In this document: positions 28,301 to 37,313 of the stretch, one piece after another
Numbering within the stretch: position 1 is the stretch's first letter
Layout of the letters: each line of letters starts with the position of its first letter
Source of the DNA: Candidatus Poriferisodalis sp.
GTDB lineage: Bacteria > Actinomycetota > Acidimicrobiia > Acidimicrobiales > Poriferisodalaceae
Reading direction: 5' to 3'
Assembly (NCBI GenBank): GCA_965221195.1
Contig: OZ244864.1
Coordinates: 2,006,219-2,070,218 of the forward strand
Length of the DNA stretch: 64,000 bases
Made by a program: the position numbers and the translations under genes
Notes under the pieces: generated by a model
The model's database searches: none
Told to the model about the DNA's origin: nothing
What the model saw: only the letters and a program-made list of their open reading frames with translations

Positions 28301-29599
28301 GATAACACCAGCACGGCCTCCGACACCAGCACAGCCTCCGACTCCGGCGTCGTTGACCCTCACGAGACCGCCCTTCACAAGACAATCGTTGAGAACGTGC
28401 TGCACGGACTCGACATCAACTTGCCTGCCATTCAGTTCGCGGCCTCCAACTTCACCTTGGGTGCCCCCACTGTTGATTACCGCAAGATGAACCTGTTCAC
28501 GCTCCGTCACGGCCCACAACCCGACGGTTCGATGATGGCCGGAACGCTGGAAGTGCTCGGTTTCGCCGACACCGACGCGTCGCTTGCGAACCTGGTTCGC
28601 CACGCCAACGCTGCGTCCGTCGGCACGCAGTTGACAGATTCTGGAGCCGAGTTCCCGATCAGCGACATCGACTTGGTCATTATGAACCCTCCTTTCACCA
28701 ACAACGTGAAGAAGGGCTCACAGTTCTCACCGTCCGACAAGAAAGCCATGCAACAACACGAACTCGGGCTGCGCGACTCGCTGTTGCAAACCGATCCGAT
28801 TGCTGGCGCGACCATCGACGCAAACAGCATCCAGACCTACTTCACCCCAATAGTCGACCGCATGCTGAACACGCACAACGGGATATTGGCACTGGTATTG
28901 CCGACGACATTGTTCACCGGTTCATCAGCAACATTGCAACGTCGCTTCATCGCCAGCAAGTTCCACATCGAAACCATCATCACGTCACACGATCCCAAGC
29001 GCATCAACTTCTCTGAAAACACCGGCATTCACGAATGCCTGCTCGTCGCTCGCCGTCGTGGCAGCCAACCAAACACAGCAGCTAGCGATCCGCCTACACA
29101 GTTCGTGTCGTTAGCCAAAATGCCCTCAACGCCTGACGAAGCTCTCGCCGCAGCCGACGCAATTGCAAGTGGCGAACTCGGTGAGTGGGGCAACGTCACG
29201 CTGTGGCCATCTGAGCGTGTGCGCGACGGCGACTGGTCGCCGGTGCAGTGGTACGACGGCAGTCTCGCCGAAATCGCACTGTCGCTCGAAGCTGGCAACT
29301 TTGCGCCGTCCGCACTTGACGGCTCGCTGGCTGGGAAAACAGGCCTGAGTGGGCTGACTGGGTTGTCTAGCGGGGGGGGGGCAGATTCGGCCCTTCAGGC
29401 CAAGCAGTCCGAGGGGCCTTTGCGCTCTGCGGGCACACCACCGGATCGAACCCGACGGCCGAGCCGTACGCGGAGCATTCCAACAAATGAACGCGTAGAT
29501 GAAACCGCCAATGAACTCAAGCCAGCCCGCCAACGCCATGCCATCGGACCGGGGGGGCAACGCATTCAAGATGCCTTCGAGAAACGAATCACCCAGTGA
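25355..29599 (+). CDS. type ISP-like single-polypeptide R-M enzyme (Mrr-like nuclease + SF2 DEAH helicase + N6-adenine methyltransferase); no in-frame start before 25754
   Basis: The frame is open from 25355. Nuclease core: EKGRWFEELV...GIDLVALHRNGSRIAIQCK. Helicase motifs: ACGTGKT, LVLCDEAH, MTATPR. Methylase motifs: DPACGTGTLL and DLVIMNPPFT. The first ATG/GTG/TTG in this frame is at 25754, inside the nuclease domain. Confidence 0.8.
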   Translation, partial: RHRLGIVESPLRRPPRFSPPPPPRDLASEPDVESLVTVGEVIERIRTTSRDEHEKGRWFEELVKIVFLNSPTYEIEEIEHWGQWRDRQPLTGLSRKDTGIDLVALHRNGSRIAIQCKCYAPTQRIAKPDIDSFLSQSQVTDAADRPVFAMRWIVTTSPWTDNAAAQVDSLDVGVRRIDFCQHEFEKISEKLQRRPVRAPWPRQSEAINKVTEGLSHHDRGRMIMACGTGKTFTALRIAESVVPDGGRIAFVAPSIALVAQARREWLMHSRRPLECVVVCSDESAGGRAESATAMRICELECPVDRSPERLGAMLDPARGTDLTRVVFCTYQSLQHLHDAQNCHAAGAFDLVLCDEAHRTTGAVSDATGAARESGFQRVHDNDWLRARKRLYMTATPRIYTTSSKAALAGRGIATVDMSDMHIYGPELERLSFKEAVEGDLLADYRVIVLGVHEGAIPAGMRQRLIDLGDKTAESQAAKSPSSQTGSKPLVVTIEDLQRLLGTTLAINGMTSGSDLEVPERLDRIIAFANSIARSKFYAKGLTDSQLRALITRRRRAGGETEGATKVEATHLDGTAPAFERSEELRKLERTRTDQCSRVICNAKLLTEGVDVPSLDAVVFMEPRDSQVDIVQAVGRVMRRAEGKKLGYIVIPVPVPPGADLATALETGGSGYESVGQVLRALQAHDGRLAETPARFVKVGEIKPPKPTPNGDTGGDSDVVPIDDGGEAAQLKLDLHKAGAAIYAHVVAASGLGSAGKLVADDLGMAVAFAGARFAEGNLAAPLAAALGGLTVDDTNQNDICKVAALVLINACLLHRRLREVPRFGDIADLASVTGAGDPAEILAAGWEQILDHDYEPVFGPALSVLRQLPPRPFATEALRSLAECANRTADSLSEMGYDHAGPLYHRILPNAAAYGAFYTKNLSALMLARLAINHDFADWSDPEAIAALKVMDPACGTGTLLMAALRVLKERVREARHQTSDTDNTSTASDTSTASDSGVVDPHETALHKTIVENVLHGLDINLPAIQFAASNFTLGAPTVDYRKMNLFTLRHGPQPDGSMMAGTLEVLGFADTDASLANLVRHANAASVGTQLTDSGAEFPISDIDLVIMNPPFTNNVKKGSQFSPSDKKAMQQHELGLRDSLLQTDPIAGATIDANSIQTYFTPIVDRMLNTHNGILALVLPTTLFTGSSATLQRRFIASKFHIETIITSHDPKRINFSENTGIHECLLVARRRGSQPNTAASDPPTQFVSLAKMPSTPDEALAAADAIASGELGEWGNVTLWPSERVRDGDWSPVQWYDGSLAEIALSLEAGNFAPSALDGSLAGKTGLSGLTGLSSGGGADSALQAKQSEGPLRSAGTPPDRTRRPSRTRSIPTNERVDETANELKPARQRHAIGPGGQRIQDAFEKRITQ
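25408..25423. repeat. homopolymer C16 between the candidate start codons and the body of the type ISP-like gene
   Basis: Counted directly as 16 c. The upstream frame (ATG at 25245 or 25344) terminates at 25431-25433, and the enzyme frame is open from 25355. Confidence 0.95.
29372..29381. repeat. homopolymer G10 near the 3' end of the type ISP-like gene
   Basis: Counted directly. A G7 tract follows at 29551-29557. Confidence 0.9.
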
Positions 29600-29708
29600 G
29601 TGACTTGCCGCTATCCGCAACACATCAACTCGTACACGTCTCCGAACAGCGAGATGTAGGACCTGCCGGCCGTCGCATTCAAGACGCATTCGGGCCGGCG
29701 CTCAAACC

Positions 29709-30314
29709 ATGAACTACCACGCGTTCTGGTCGATTTCATCGAAACTGCGAAAGACGATGCGCGGCGCACCAGAACAGCGCATCGAACCGCGCCCCGGCAA
29801 AGAACGCCTAGCTGAGCGCTACTGGAACCAGCGAAGCCAACTTCTAGTGGCCAACAAGCACGACACCGTGTCAGGACGCCTCGTTGCCGTGTACAGCCGC
29901 GAACCTTCCGTCGGTTCTGGCTGGGTACCTGTATCAGTCAAAGACAGTGACGAAGCCAAGTCGCTCTGTGTCTGGTGGAATAGCACACCGGTCCGCATTT
30001 TGCTGTTGAGCCGCAGGTCCAAGAAACTCACTTATCCCTCGTGGTCGCTGGATCAACTGCGGAGCATCTCGGTGCCGTCACCCGACAATCCTGGGTGGGA
30101 TGCCCTTTTGGCAGCGTTCGAGCAGGCCTGCGACATCGAACTGCTGCCCCTAGGGGACGCAGAACACTGCCAAGGCAGACACATCATCGACACCGCCGCA
30201 GCGCGCATCTTGGGCGTGCCTGAAAGCACCATCGCTGACTGGCGCCGCCGCCTTGCCTGCGAGCCAACAATTTCCAACCGACCAGCAGAACCCGCAGCCA
30301 AACAACCACACTGA
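29709..30314 (+). CDS. 201-aa ORF, probably the displaced C-terminal part (or partner) of the type ISP-like enzyme
   Basis: Protein-like sequence (GRLVAVYSREPSVGSGWVPVSVKDSDEAKSLCVWWNSTPVRILLL...) in a different frame 110 nt after the upstream stop. No RBS is visible, and the region between is frame-scrambled. Confidence 0.55.
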   Translation: MNYHAFWSISSKLRKTMRGAPEQRIEPRPGKERLAERYWNQRSQLLVANKHDTVSGRLVAVYSREPSVGSGWVPVSVKDSDEAKSLCVWWNSTPVRILLLSRRSKKLTYPSWSLDQLRSISVPSPDNPGWDALLAAFEQACDIELLPLGDAEHCQGRHIIDTAAARILGVPESTIADWRRRLACEPTISNRPAEPAAKQPH

Positions 30315-30439
30315 GAACGCCAGCAGCCGTGCCCTCTGCGACATGTCCTCTACGTTCTCATGCCTTGCGGAACCGGTCTGCTTCTTCGCGATCTAGGCGG
30401 CGACGTGGCTTCGCTTTGGAGGGGAACCTTCAGCGGCGT

Positions 30440-31594
30440 TCAGCGTTTGAGCAAGCTCTTGGCTCGCCGGACGGCTGGCGTCCAAAACCACTCGAGCTCA
30501 GCGAAGCGGCGATAGTCCTCACCGGGTAGCTCCATCGGGTCGTAATAGCGCGTGCCGGGCTGCTTGCGGAGTTTGTTCATCCGCTTCATCACCTGTCGGG
30601 TGGCATACAGCGTCCCTTTGTGAGTCCAGCCCTGCCGGTGGTAGTTCCAGTTGTCAGGTGCGAGTTCTTGAGCCGCGGCGAAATACTTCAAGGCTTGCTT
30701 GCTGTCGTCGGTGGCCTCAAAGTGGAGCGCTAGCTTGAACGTGGCCTCGGCCAACAACAGGTTGTCATCGACCGGCTTGAGCTGCGATTTGAGTTCTGCG
30801 CTCGACCAGACATGCTCGCTGTCGGCTCCCCGTTCAATCCAGTCGCGAGTGGCCTGTGCGTACGTGTCGTTGCTTAACCGCACTTTGCCGAGACCGAACT
30901 TGAAACTCATCTCGCCCGGGTACACACCTTCGTTGCTGCGAACAATGCGCCCCTCTTCGTCGATCCAAGCCGCCGAAGGCACATTCACCCAACCGAACAG
31001 CGAGCTGATCTTGTGAGTGGTATCGACGATGCAGTGATAGGTCGGCGACGCCCGGTCAAACCACTTGGCCACGGCGCCCTCGCCGCCTGAGTCCTGTGCC
31101 ACGCTGACCAGCTTGAAACGGTCCGGGCCTATCGATTCGTAAAGCTCCTGCCAGACCGGCAGGCTGATGCGGCAACCTCACCAAGACGACCAAGTGAACA
31201 GCACCACCTTGTGGCCTCGAAGATCGGAGAGTCGCAGCGTGTTGCCGTTGCGTTCGGTCATCTCGAAATCGGGAGCGATTCCCGAATCCAGTCCAAGGCG
31301 GCGAACCTCGGGCACTGAACTCAAACTCCACACATCGCCGTCACGTACGGTCTGTTGACCGATCATGTCGGCAAAGGACGAATAATCGAGCCACACCCAA
31401 CCGTCTACGTCAGCGATCCAGTCCTCTCGCTTGGCCTCTGGAAGCGGCACACACATCTCGCCAAGGCACGCTCCTTCGGGTTTCATCTGCCAGCCCGTGG
31501 CCTGAGGCAGTTCGTCTACCCGCACCCACAAGCCGCTCGGATCGTCGGTGCGTCGCGCAATTTCTGTCTTGTGGTCGTTAGCGAGAATGATCAT
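30440..31594 (-). CDS. thioredoxin-fold (ResA/TlpA-like) protein with in-frame TGA at the redox motif, a candidate selenoprotein, plus TPR-like C-terminus
   Basis: Track ORFs 31178-31594 and 30440-31102 are in the same frame. Read-through of the TGA at 31178-31180 gives ...RLSDLRGHKVVLFTWSSW-U-GCRISLPVWQELYESIGPDRFKLVSVAQDSGG... A SECIS-like hairpin lies 14 nt downstream. Confidence 0.6.
31147..31163 (-). promoter_or_regulatory. SECIS-like hairpin
   Basis: On the coding strand: CCUGCC-GGUCU-GGCAGG, a perfect 6-bp stem whose GGUCU loop starts 20 nt after the UGA. This is similar in placement and loop sequence to my memory of E. coli fdhF (GCA-GGUC-UGC). Confidence 0.45.
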
Positions 31595-31630
31595 GCTTGC
31601 CTTACGAAGGCAGGTCTCTAGGTGGGAGTG

Positions 31631-32062
31631 CTAGGCGGGTGTGTCAGCGCGGACCAGACGAAAGACCGGGATCTCACGTCCGTGTTCGGTGGCGCTCTTC
31701 TCGTACTCGACGAACTGCGGCATCAGCGCTGCTTGAGCATCGAACAGCCGCTTACGTTCGTCACCTTCAGTGAGCACTGCCGTGGCTTCCCAGGTGTCGG
31801 TGCCGACTTCGACCGTGACGGTCGGGTTGGCTACGAGGTTGTGATACCACTGCGGGTTTTCTGGGGCCCCGCCCTTGGAAGCGATTACCACTACGTCTTC
31901 GCCTTCGGTGGAATACACCAGCGGCGAGCACAGTTCCCGGCCGGTCTTAGCACCGGTCATGGTCACAAGGACCACCGGTGCTCCTTCAAGCCAGCCGCCG
32001 CAAGTGCCTCCGTTCTCACGGAATTCCTTGATCACACCTGCGTTGATCTCCAAAAAATCCAT
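31631..32062 (-). CDS. deazaflavin (F420H2)-dependent nitroreductase family protein (DDN/DUF385)
   Basis: 143 aa with NAGVIKEFRENGG, VLVTMTGAKTGRE and ENPQWYHNLVANP signatures. Confidence 0.85.
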   Translation of the reverse strand: MDFLEINAGVIKEFRENGGTCGGWLEGAPVVLVTMTGAKTGRELCSPLVYSTEGEDVVVIASKGGAPENPQWYHNLVANPTVTVEVGTDTWEATAVLTEGDERKRLFDAQAALMPQFVEYEKSATEHGREIPVFRLVRADTPA

Positions 32063-32266
32063 CAGTAACTCCTGTGTGCCGTGCTAACCCAGTGTCGCGC
32101 CAACCCAGAAGTGTGAGCTTCTGGCCGTCGCTTCCTCGCCAGCCCAAACGAAGCTAGCGCGCTGAGTCGCTGGCACGCTGAGTCGCTGGCACGCTGAGTC
32201 AACAGCCGCTCAGCAAGAACCAGCACCACCATTTTCGTATCTATTGAGTTCGGACAGCCGAGACAG

Positions 32267-33157
32267 CTACTTGGACGCTTCCGCTCGGCGCTTACGTACC
32301 TCGGGGTACGCATCCGCTGGCATGTGGGCCAAGGCCTTTTCGACGAGTCGCCGAAAGAATTCGCCCGCCGAGAGATCCTCCGGTGTCCTGTCGTGTACTA
32401 CCGCGACACTGCCGGTTGATTTAGATGGTTGTTCGTTGGCAAGGTCCGGTCCGTTTGTAGGAGCCGTTGTTGTTGTCAACTCTTCGAACAGCAGCAAGCA
32501 GGTGCAGTCGTAGACATCTGGCTCCGACCTGAGCTTGCTAAGCATGTCGATTGCGAAATCGATTTCTGCATCCGAAATATCGTTGCCTGCGACGAAAAGG
32601 AATCCCAGCGCCGACAAAGGGTGGCGACCCCGCAGGTTCTTGGCGTCGCCATAGCCCTCTTCAAATCGGTTGCGTAGATTCTTCGCATAACTGGACAGCA
32701 TTGTCTTGGTACTGATGAGCACTTCAACACCAGCCGCCCAAGAAGCAATAACAACATCACCCTGCTTGAGATAGGCGCTGCCCATGACACGGGCTTCAGC
32801 TGGAAGTGCGCTTCGGGCTCCCGGCGCGTGATAGCGGCTCTCCACCTCCGAGCGAAGTCCGCGAGTAAGTGCTTTCTCGACGAAGTGGCGGATGTCTCGT
32901 GGAAGGATCCGCGGACTCTGGCGGCGTGGCCACACATCGTCTGCGTTGAAGCCGGCTCGGCGCAGTTCCTCTGCGGCCCACACATCTGCAGCCCCTGCGA
33001 CGATGCCTGAAGCCTGCGTCGCACCGGCAGCGACACGCAGCAGCTGCTCAAGCAGGTCGAAATCGGGCATGAATTGGCCGTTAGGGTGCCATGGATTGAC
33101 GAACGGTTCCTTGGGAACGAAATCGTCGAAGCGGTCGAGCTTTTGGGGTTGTGCCAT
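32267..33157 (-). CDS. putative type II restriction endonuclease
   Basis: 296 aa, 37 nt downstream of and co-directional with an N6-adenine methylase. Possible D...E-x-K-like core (GDVVIASWAAGVEVLISTK). Family not recognised. Confidence 0.5.
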   Translation of the reverse strand: MAQPQKLDRFDDFVPKEPFVNPWHPNGQFMPDFDLLEQLLRVAAGATQASGIVAGAADVWAAEELRRAGFNADDVWPRRQSPRILPRDIRHFVEKALTRGLRSEVESRYHAPGARSALPAEARVMGSAYLKQGDVVIASWAAGVEVLISTKTMLSSYAKNLRNRFEEGYGDAKNLRGRHPLSALGFLFVAGNDISDAEIDFAIDMLSKLRSEPDVYDCTCLLLFEELTTTTAPTNGPDLANEQPSKSTGSVAVVHDRTPEDLSAGEFFRRLVEKALAHMPADAYPEVRKRRAEASK

Positions 33158-33194
33158 CTTGACCCTTATTCGTCTGCGGACTAGGTGCTTGGGA

Positions 33195-34922
33195 CTAGGT
33201 GCTTGGGAATGAGTTCTTGCGGGCTGAAGCAGTGCTTGAGTGTTCAGGAAGCGTCACACCGTAGATTCGTTCCGCTGCACATGTCGCCATGGAGCGGTCT
33301 CTCATTTGGAAGGCATGCCGCAGGTCGGCTTCGTCTCGCATGCTGAGTGAAGACGGGAGAGGAACCCGGATCTTGCGCAGGTATTGAGCTTGGAAGCGAT
33401 AGGTACCGCCTCGCATTTTGACGCAGTAGGCCCCGACGAGCAGGTTCGCAATGTCCGACAGCAGAAGACCCCCGAGGATTTCGAGGTCCCAAGCGTCGGA
33501 GACGATGTAATAAAGGTTGTGGTGAGGGTAATAACGTCCAACGTCGAGTACCGGATGCGCCGCAGCCTTGATGTCGGGGAGTAACAGTTTCGGCCTCTCA
33601 AGTAACCCGGGTGTCACGCGGTCAATCGTCCGGTACCAAGCGGTCGGTTTCCGGCGAGCAACATGGCGACTCCTCACACGCAATTCGTGGGTACGTAGAT
33701 GCGCAGCCAGACCAGGAAAATCTGCGAGTTCCACCAACCGTCCGTCTTGCCATGGGTTGATGAGATACTTGCCTGACCACCTCACTACTCCGCCTGCGGT
33801 GTCGCTTGCGATCAGTAGCGGCAGCAGTCGGTCGTTTTCGATGCCGGTCGGGTTGTCGGACACGTAGATGTCGTCGCATCCGGTGGCAACGCCGATGCCC
33901 ACTCGCGTCCCCGTACACGAATCTTCAAGTGGGCGAAAACGCGACTCAAGATCGGCTAGTACCTCGAGTGTGCTCGGCGCACCAGTAGGCCAGTGGGCGC
34001 TTCCTCTAGGCCAATCTCGAAGCTCAGCCGTCTCGAAGGACTCACCCGCAGGCACCTCTTGCGCATCGGAACGAAACCAAGCCTCAAGGCTGCGGCTTGC
34101 TGATTCGTCAAAAGAGTTGTCGGTTGCCACAAACCGGACGCTTCCTTGGGGGGCATTTTGAATCACGGTGATGGCTGGATACGCAGACACATCTTTCTCA
34201 AAAGCATCGGCATCATGCATCTCAATGAGTGTTTCCAGTGCATAACGCGCGCCGACGAGTTGTCGAAGACGAGTGCCGTACTGGTTGTGCATCCAACGGT
34301 CAGCGCAAATGAAACCGAGGCGGCCACCCGGCCGCAGGAGCGCAAGGCCCTTCTCGAAGAATCCAACGAACAGGTCTGCTCGTCCTCGCATCGTCGAACA
34401 TGCCTCCCTGTATGCATAGGCGACTTCATCCGGTATGTGCTCCAGCCGGACATAGGGAGGATTGCCGACGACGAAATCCACAACGAGATTGCCGCCATGG
34501 TCGGCGAGCAGGAAGTCATCCGCCGTGATCCATTGTGCAGCCAGATGTTCGGCGACATCGACTGGCTCGCCGAGTTCTAGGAGCTTGGTCACGACGGCTC
34601 TGCGTGTGTGCTCAGCATTGTGTGGCAACAGATCAAATCCCTTGACTGCGTCGCCGAGGTCGGTGAGTGTGCGACCGTGTTGTCGGCAAGATGCCGACAG
34701 TCGCTCAATGATCGGGATGAGGAACGCCCCATAGCCGCAGGAAGGTTCCACGATGGTAGCCATACCAAGGTCTTTATCGGATCGGTACCCGACCAAGTCC
34801 AGTATGAGATCGACCACCCACCGGCGCGTAAAAACCTGGCCGTGCTCGCCCTCGGGGTCAGGCATCCAAGCAAGGGTCGGCGCGGTGGTCGTCGGCGACA
34901 ACTGGGCACTTCTCATCGCCAA
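33195..34922 (-). CDS. N6-adenine DNA methyltransferase (gamma class, Eco57I/TaqI-like)
   Basis: 575 aa. SAM motif VEPSCGYGAFL, catalytic FVVGNPPYV, and a long C-terminal specificity region. Confidence 0.85.
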   Translation of the reverse strand: MAMRSAQLSPTTTAPTLAWMPDPEGEHGQVFTRRWVVDLILDLVGYRSDKDLGMATIVEPSCGYGAFLIPIIERLSASCRQHGRTLTDLGDAVKGFDLLPHNAEHTRRAVVTKLLELGEPVDVAEHLAAQWITADDFLLADHGGNLVVDFVVGNPPYVRLEHIPDEVAYAYREACSTMRGRADLFVGFFEKGLALLRPGGRLGFICADRWMHNQYGTRLRQLVGARYALETLIEMHDADAFEKDVSAYPAITVIQNAPQGSVRFVATDNSFDESASRSLEAWFRSDAQEVPAGESFETAELRDWPRGSAHWPTGAPSTLEVLADLESRFRPLEDSCTGTRVGIGVATGCDDIYVSDNPTGIENDRLLPLLIASDTAGGVVRWSGKYLINPWQDGRLVELADFPGLAAHLRTHELRVRSRHVARRKPTAWYRTIDRVTPGLLERPKLLLPDIKAAAHPVLDVGRYYPHHNLYYIVSDAWDLEILGGLLLSDIANLLVGAYCVKMRGGTYRFQAQYLRKIRVPLPSSLSMRDEADLRHAFQMRDRSMATCAAERIYGVTLPEHSSTASARKNSFPST

Positions 34923-35082
34923 GCCTCCAAGGTAGAACCCAAACTACAGGTATGTGACTTCATGCGCTGTGAAGCTACGCAACCCCTGTCACAACCAAGG
35001 CGCTTGGTTCTCTGAATTACACTGGCTTCGACTGGGGGGTGTGCCAAGAACTGACAGCCCATCTGGAAGGGAGGGCGACTCG

Positions 35083-36339
35083 ATGACCGACACAGCACCC
35101 GTTGAAGACTGGGGCACCGACTACGACATCTTTGACTCCGGCTACGTGCGAGACCCAGCCCCGGTATGGGATGCGCTGCGGCAACGCTGCCCGATCGCCC
35201 ACACCGAACGTTGGGGCGGTTCGTTCTTGCCCACCCGCTACGACGATGTGCAGGCCATGGCGAAGATGGTCCCTGAGCTTTCCAGCCACGATGTGCTCGT
35301 CACTTCCGAGCCACTTGAGCCGATTGAGGCGGTTGCGCCGGACACAGAGCTAGCCGCAGACCCGATCATCGAGCCATACCGCAGCGATGCCGCACCGATC
35401 TCTGAGGACCCGCCTGTTCACAGCTGGACTCGGCGTCTGCTGCTGCCGCACTTTGCGCCTCGCGCAGTGGAATCTCACCGCCAGTACACCGAAGATCTGG
35501 CTCATCGTCTCATCGACGGGTTCATCGACAAAGGCCAAGTAGACGGCGCTGAGCACTACGCCCAGCAGATCCCGCCTCGGGTGATTGCCCACCTGCTGGG
35601 CATAGACGAAAACCGAGTGGACGAATTCACCTACTGGGTGCGCTGTGTGTTGGAGTTGGGTCTCACTCAACCGGAGCTGCGCCGCAAATACCGACGCGTG
35701 ATCCGGGAGTTCTTCTTTGAGGTCGTAGAAGAGAAACAAGCCAATCCCGACGACGGGTTCGTCTCGGCGCTGCTGGCAGGAACCGACGACGAGGGCAACC
35801 TCATCGACCCGGTCTTAGCGGTGGGCATGCTCAATCTGCAGCTCATCGCCGGAATCGACACCACCTGGAGCTCCATCGGCTCGGCACTGTGGCACTTTGG
35901 CACCCACCCCGCTGACCGCCACCGGATGGCGGCCGAGCCGGAACTGTGGCCCTCCGCCATCGAAGAGCTGCTGCGCTTCTACTCACCGGTGACCATGGGA
36001 CGCGTCGCTGTGCAGGATGTGAAAGTTCGCGACGTGACCATCCCCAAAGGCAGCAAGGTGTTGATGAACTTCCCCGGCGCCAACCGCGACCCAGAGGTCT
36101 TTGAGCGCCCCGACGAGGTCATATTGGATCGCCCGCACAACCGCCATGTTGCATTCGGTTCGGGCATCCACCGCTGCGCTGGCTCAAATCTGGCCCGACT
36201 GGAGATGGACGTTGCACTGCGCACATGGTTTGAGCGCATCGAAGACTTCGAGGTTGCCGAACCCGACAAAGTCACCTGGGCCGGAGGGCAAGTGCGCGGC
36301 CCACGGCACCTGCCGATCCGTTTCTCACTGGCACATTGA
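35083..36339 (+). CDS. cytochrome P450
   Basis: ATG at 35083 after GGAAGGGAGGG. EELLRF (ExxR) and the heme loop FGSGIHRCAGSNLA are present. Confidence 0.9.
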   Translation: MTDTAPVEDWGTDYDIFDSGYVRDPAPVWDALRQRCPIAHTERWGGSFLPTRYDDVQAMAKMVPELSSHDVLVTSEPLEPIEAVAPDTELAADPIIEPYRSDAAPISEDPPVHSWTRRLLLPHFAPRAVESHRQYTEDLAHRLIDGFIDKGQVDGAEHYAQQIPPRVIAHLLGIDENRVDEFTYWVRCVLELGLTQPELRRKYRRVIREFFFEVVEEKQANPDDGFVSALLAGTDDEGNLIDPVLAVGMLNLQLIAGIDTTWSSIGSALWHFGTHPADRHRMAAEPELWPSAIEELLRFYSPVTMGRVAVQDVKVRDVTIPKGSKVLMNFPGANRDPEVFERPDEVILDRPHNRHVAFGSGIHRCAGSNLARLEMDVALRTWFERIEDFEVAEPDKVTWAGGQVRGPRHLPIRFSLAH

Positions 36340-36499
36340 CCTGGCACATTGACCTGCCACCCTGAGTCTGCACCTTGAATTTGCACGTTGAGTCTGCGCT
36401 TTGAACAGGCAGGCGATGGCACCCGGCCTACGATTCGCTCATCACAGCAAGCAGCAATCAACCAAGCAATAGCGAGGTTCAAATAATGAGGTTCAAATC

Positions 36500-37243
36500 A
36501 TGAGATTCAGCGGCAAACGTGTGATTGTGACCGGCGGAGCTTCGGGCTTCGGCAAAGCGATCAGCCAGGGGTTCGCCGAGCACGGTGCCCAAGTGATGGT
36601 GACCGACATCAACATCGAAGGCGCCGAAGCGGTTGCTGCCGAACTCGACGGAGCTTTGAGCTTTCAGCTTGACGTCACCCAAGAAGAGCCCCATATCGAA
36701 CTGGCCCAGTTGATGGTGGACACCTGGGGTGGGATTGACATCGTGGCTGCGAATGCGGGGTTCGCTCACCGGACGGGTTACACGCTGCGTATCCCCACCG
36801 AAGAATTTGACCTCATGTGGGCGGTCAACACCCGCAGCGTCTACTTCGCCGCGAAGCACTTCACTCCCCACATGCCGCCCGGCAGTTCCATCGTGAGCAC
36901 GGCATCGATTGGCGGCAAACGGCCCCGGCTGGGTCTGACCCCCTACAACACATCGAAAGCAGCGACGATCATGTTGACGCGAGGTCTAGCTGAAGAGTTC
37001 GCGCCCGACATTCGTTTTAACTGTGTCGCTCCGGTGGCCTCAGAGACCCAGTTTTTTGTAAGAGCAACCGGCTCAGACAAGCTGTCTGATGAAATGAGGC
37101 AAACCGTCATCGGAGGCATTCCGATGGGTCGACTGACAGAACCCACCGATGTAGCCAGCGCGGTGATGTACTTGGCCTCAGATGAGGCCGGCTTTCTTAC
37201 CGGCGTCTGCCTTGACGTTGACGGGGGACGCAGCATCAGCTGA
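36500..37243 (+). CDS. SDR-family oxidoreductase
   Basis: VIVTGGASGFGKAI (TGxxxGxG), NAG, and the Y..SK catalytic pattern (YNTSKAA). Confidence 0.9.
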   Translation: MRFSGKRVIVTGGASGFGKAISQGFAEHGAQVMVTDINIEGAEAVAAELDGALSFQLDVTQEEPHIELAQLMVDTWGGIDIVAANAGFAHRTGYTLRIPTEEFDLMWAVNTRSVYFAAKHFTPHMPPGSSIVSTASIGGKRPRLGLTPYNTSKAATIMLTRGLAEEFAPDIRFNCVAPVASETQFFVRATGSDKLSDEMRQTVIGGIPMGRLTEPTDVASAVMYLASDEAGFLTGVCLDVDGGRSIS

Positions 37244-37313
37244 CCCCGCCCTAGGACACAGGCACCACAGACACAGGAAACACAGACACAGGCATCACAA
37301 ACAAAGGGTAATC

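Noticed and set aside
31102-31178. Frameshift or simple intergenic gap between the two thioredoxin-fold ORFs
   Set aside because: Both halves are in the same frame, and the intervening 75 nt translate into the expected continuation of the fold (GCRISLPVWQELYESIGPDRFKLVSV). Only the single TGA interrupts it. A nonsense pseudogene remains a formal alternative.
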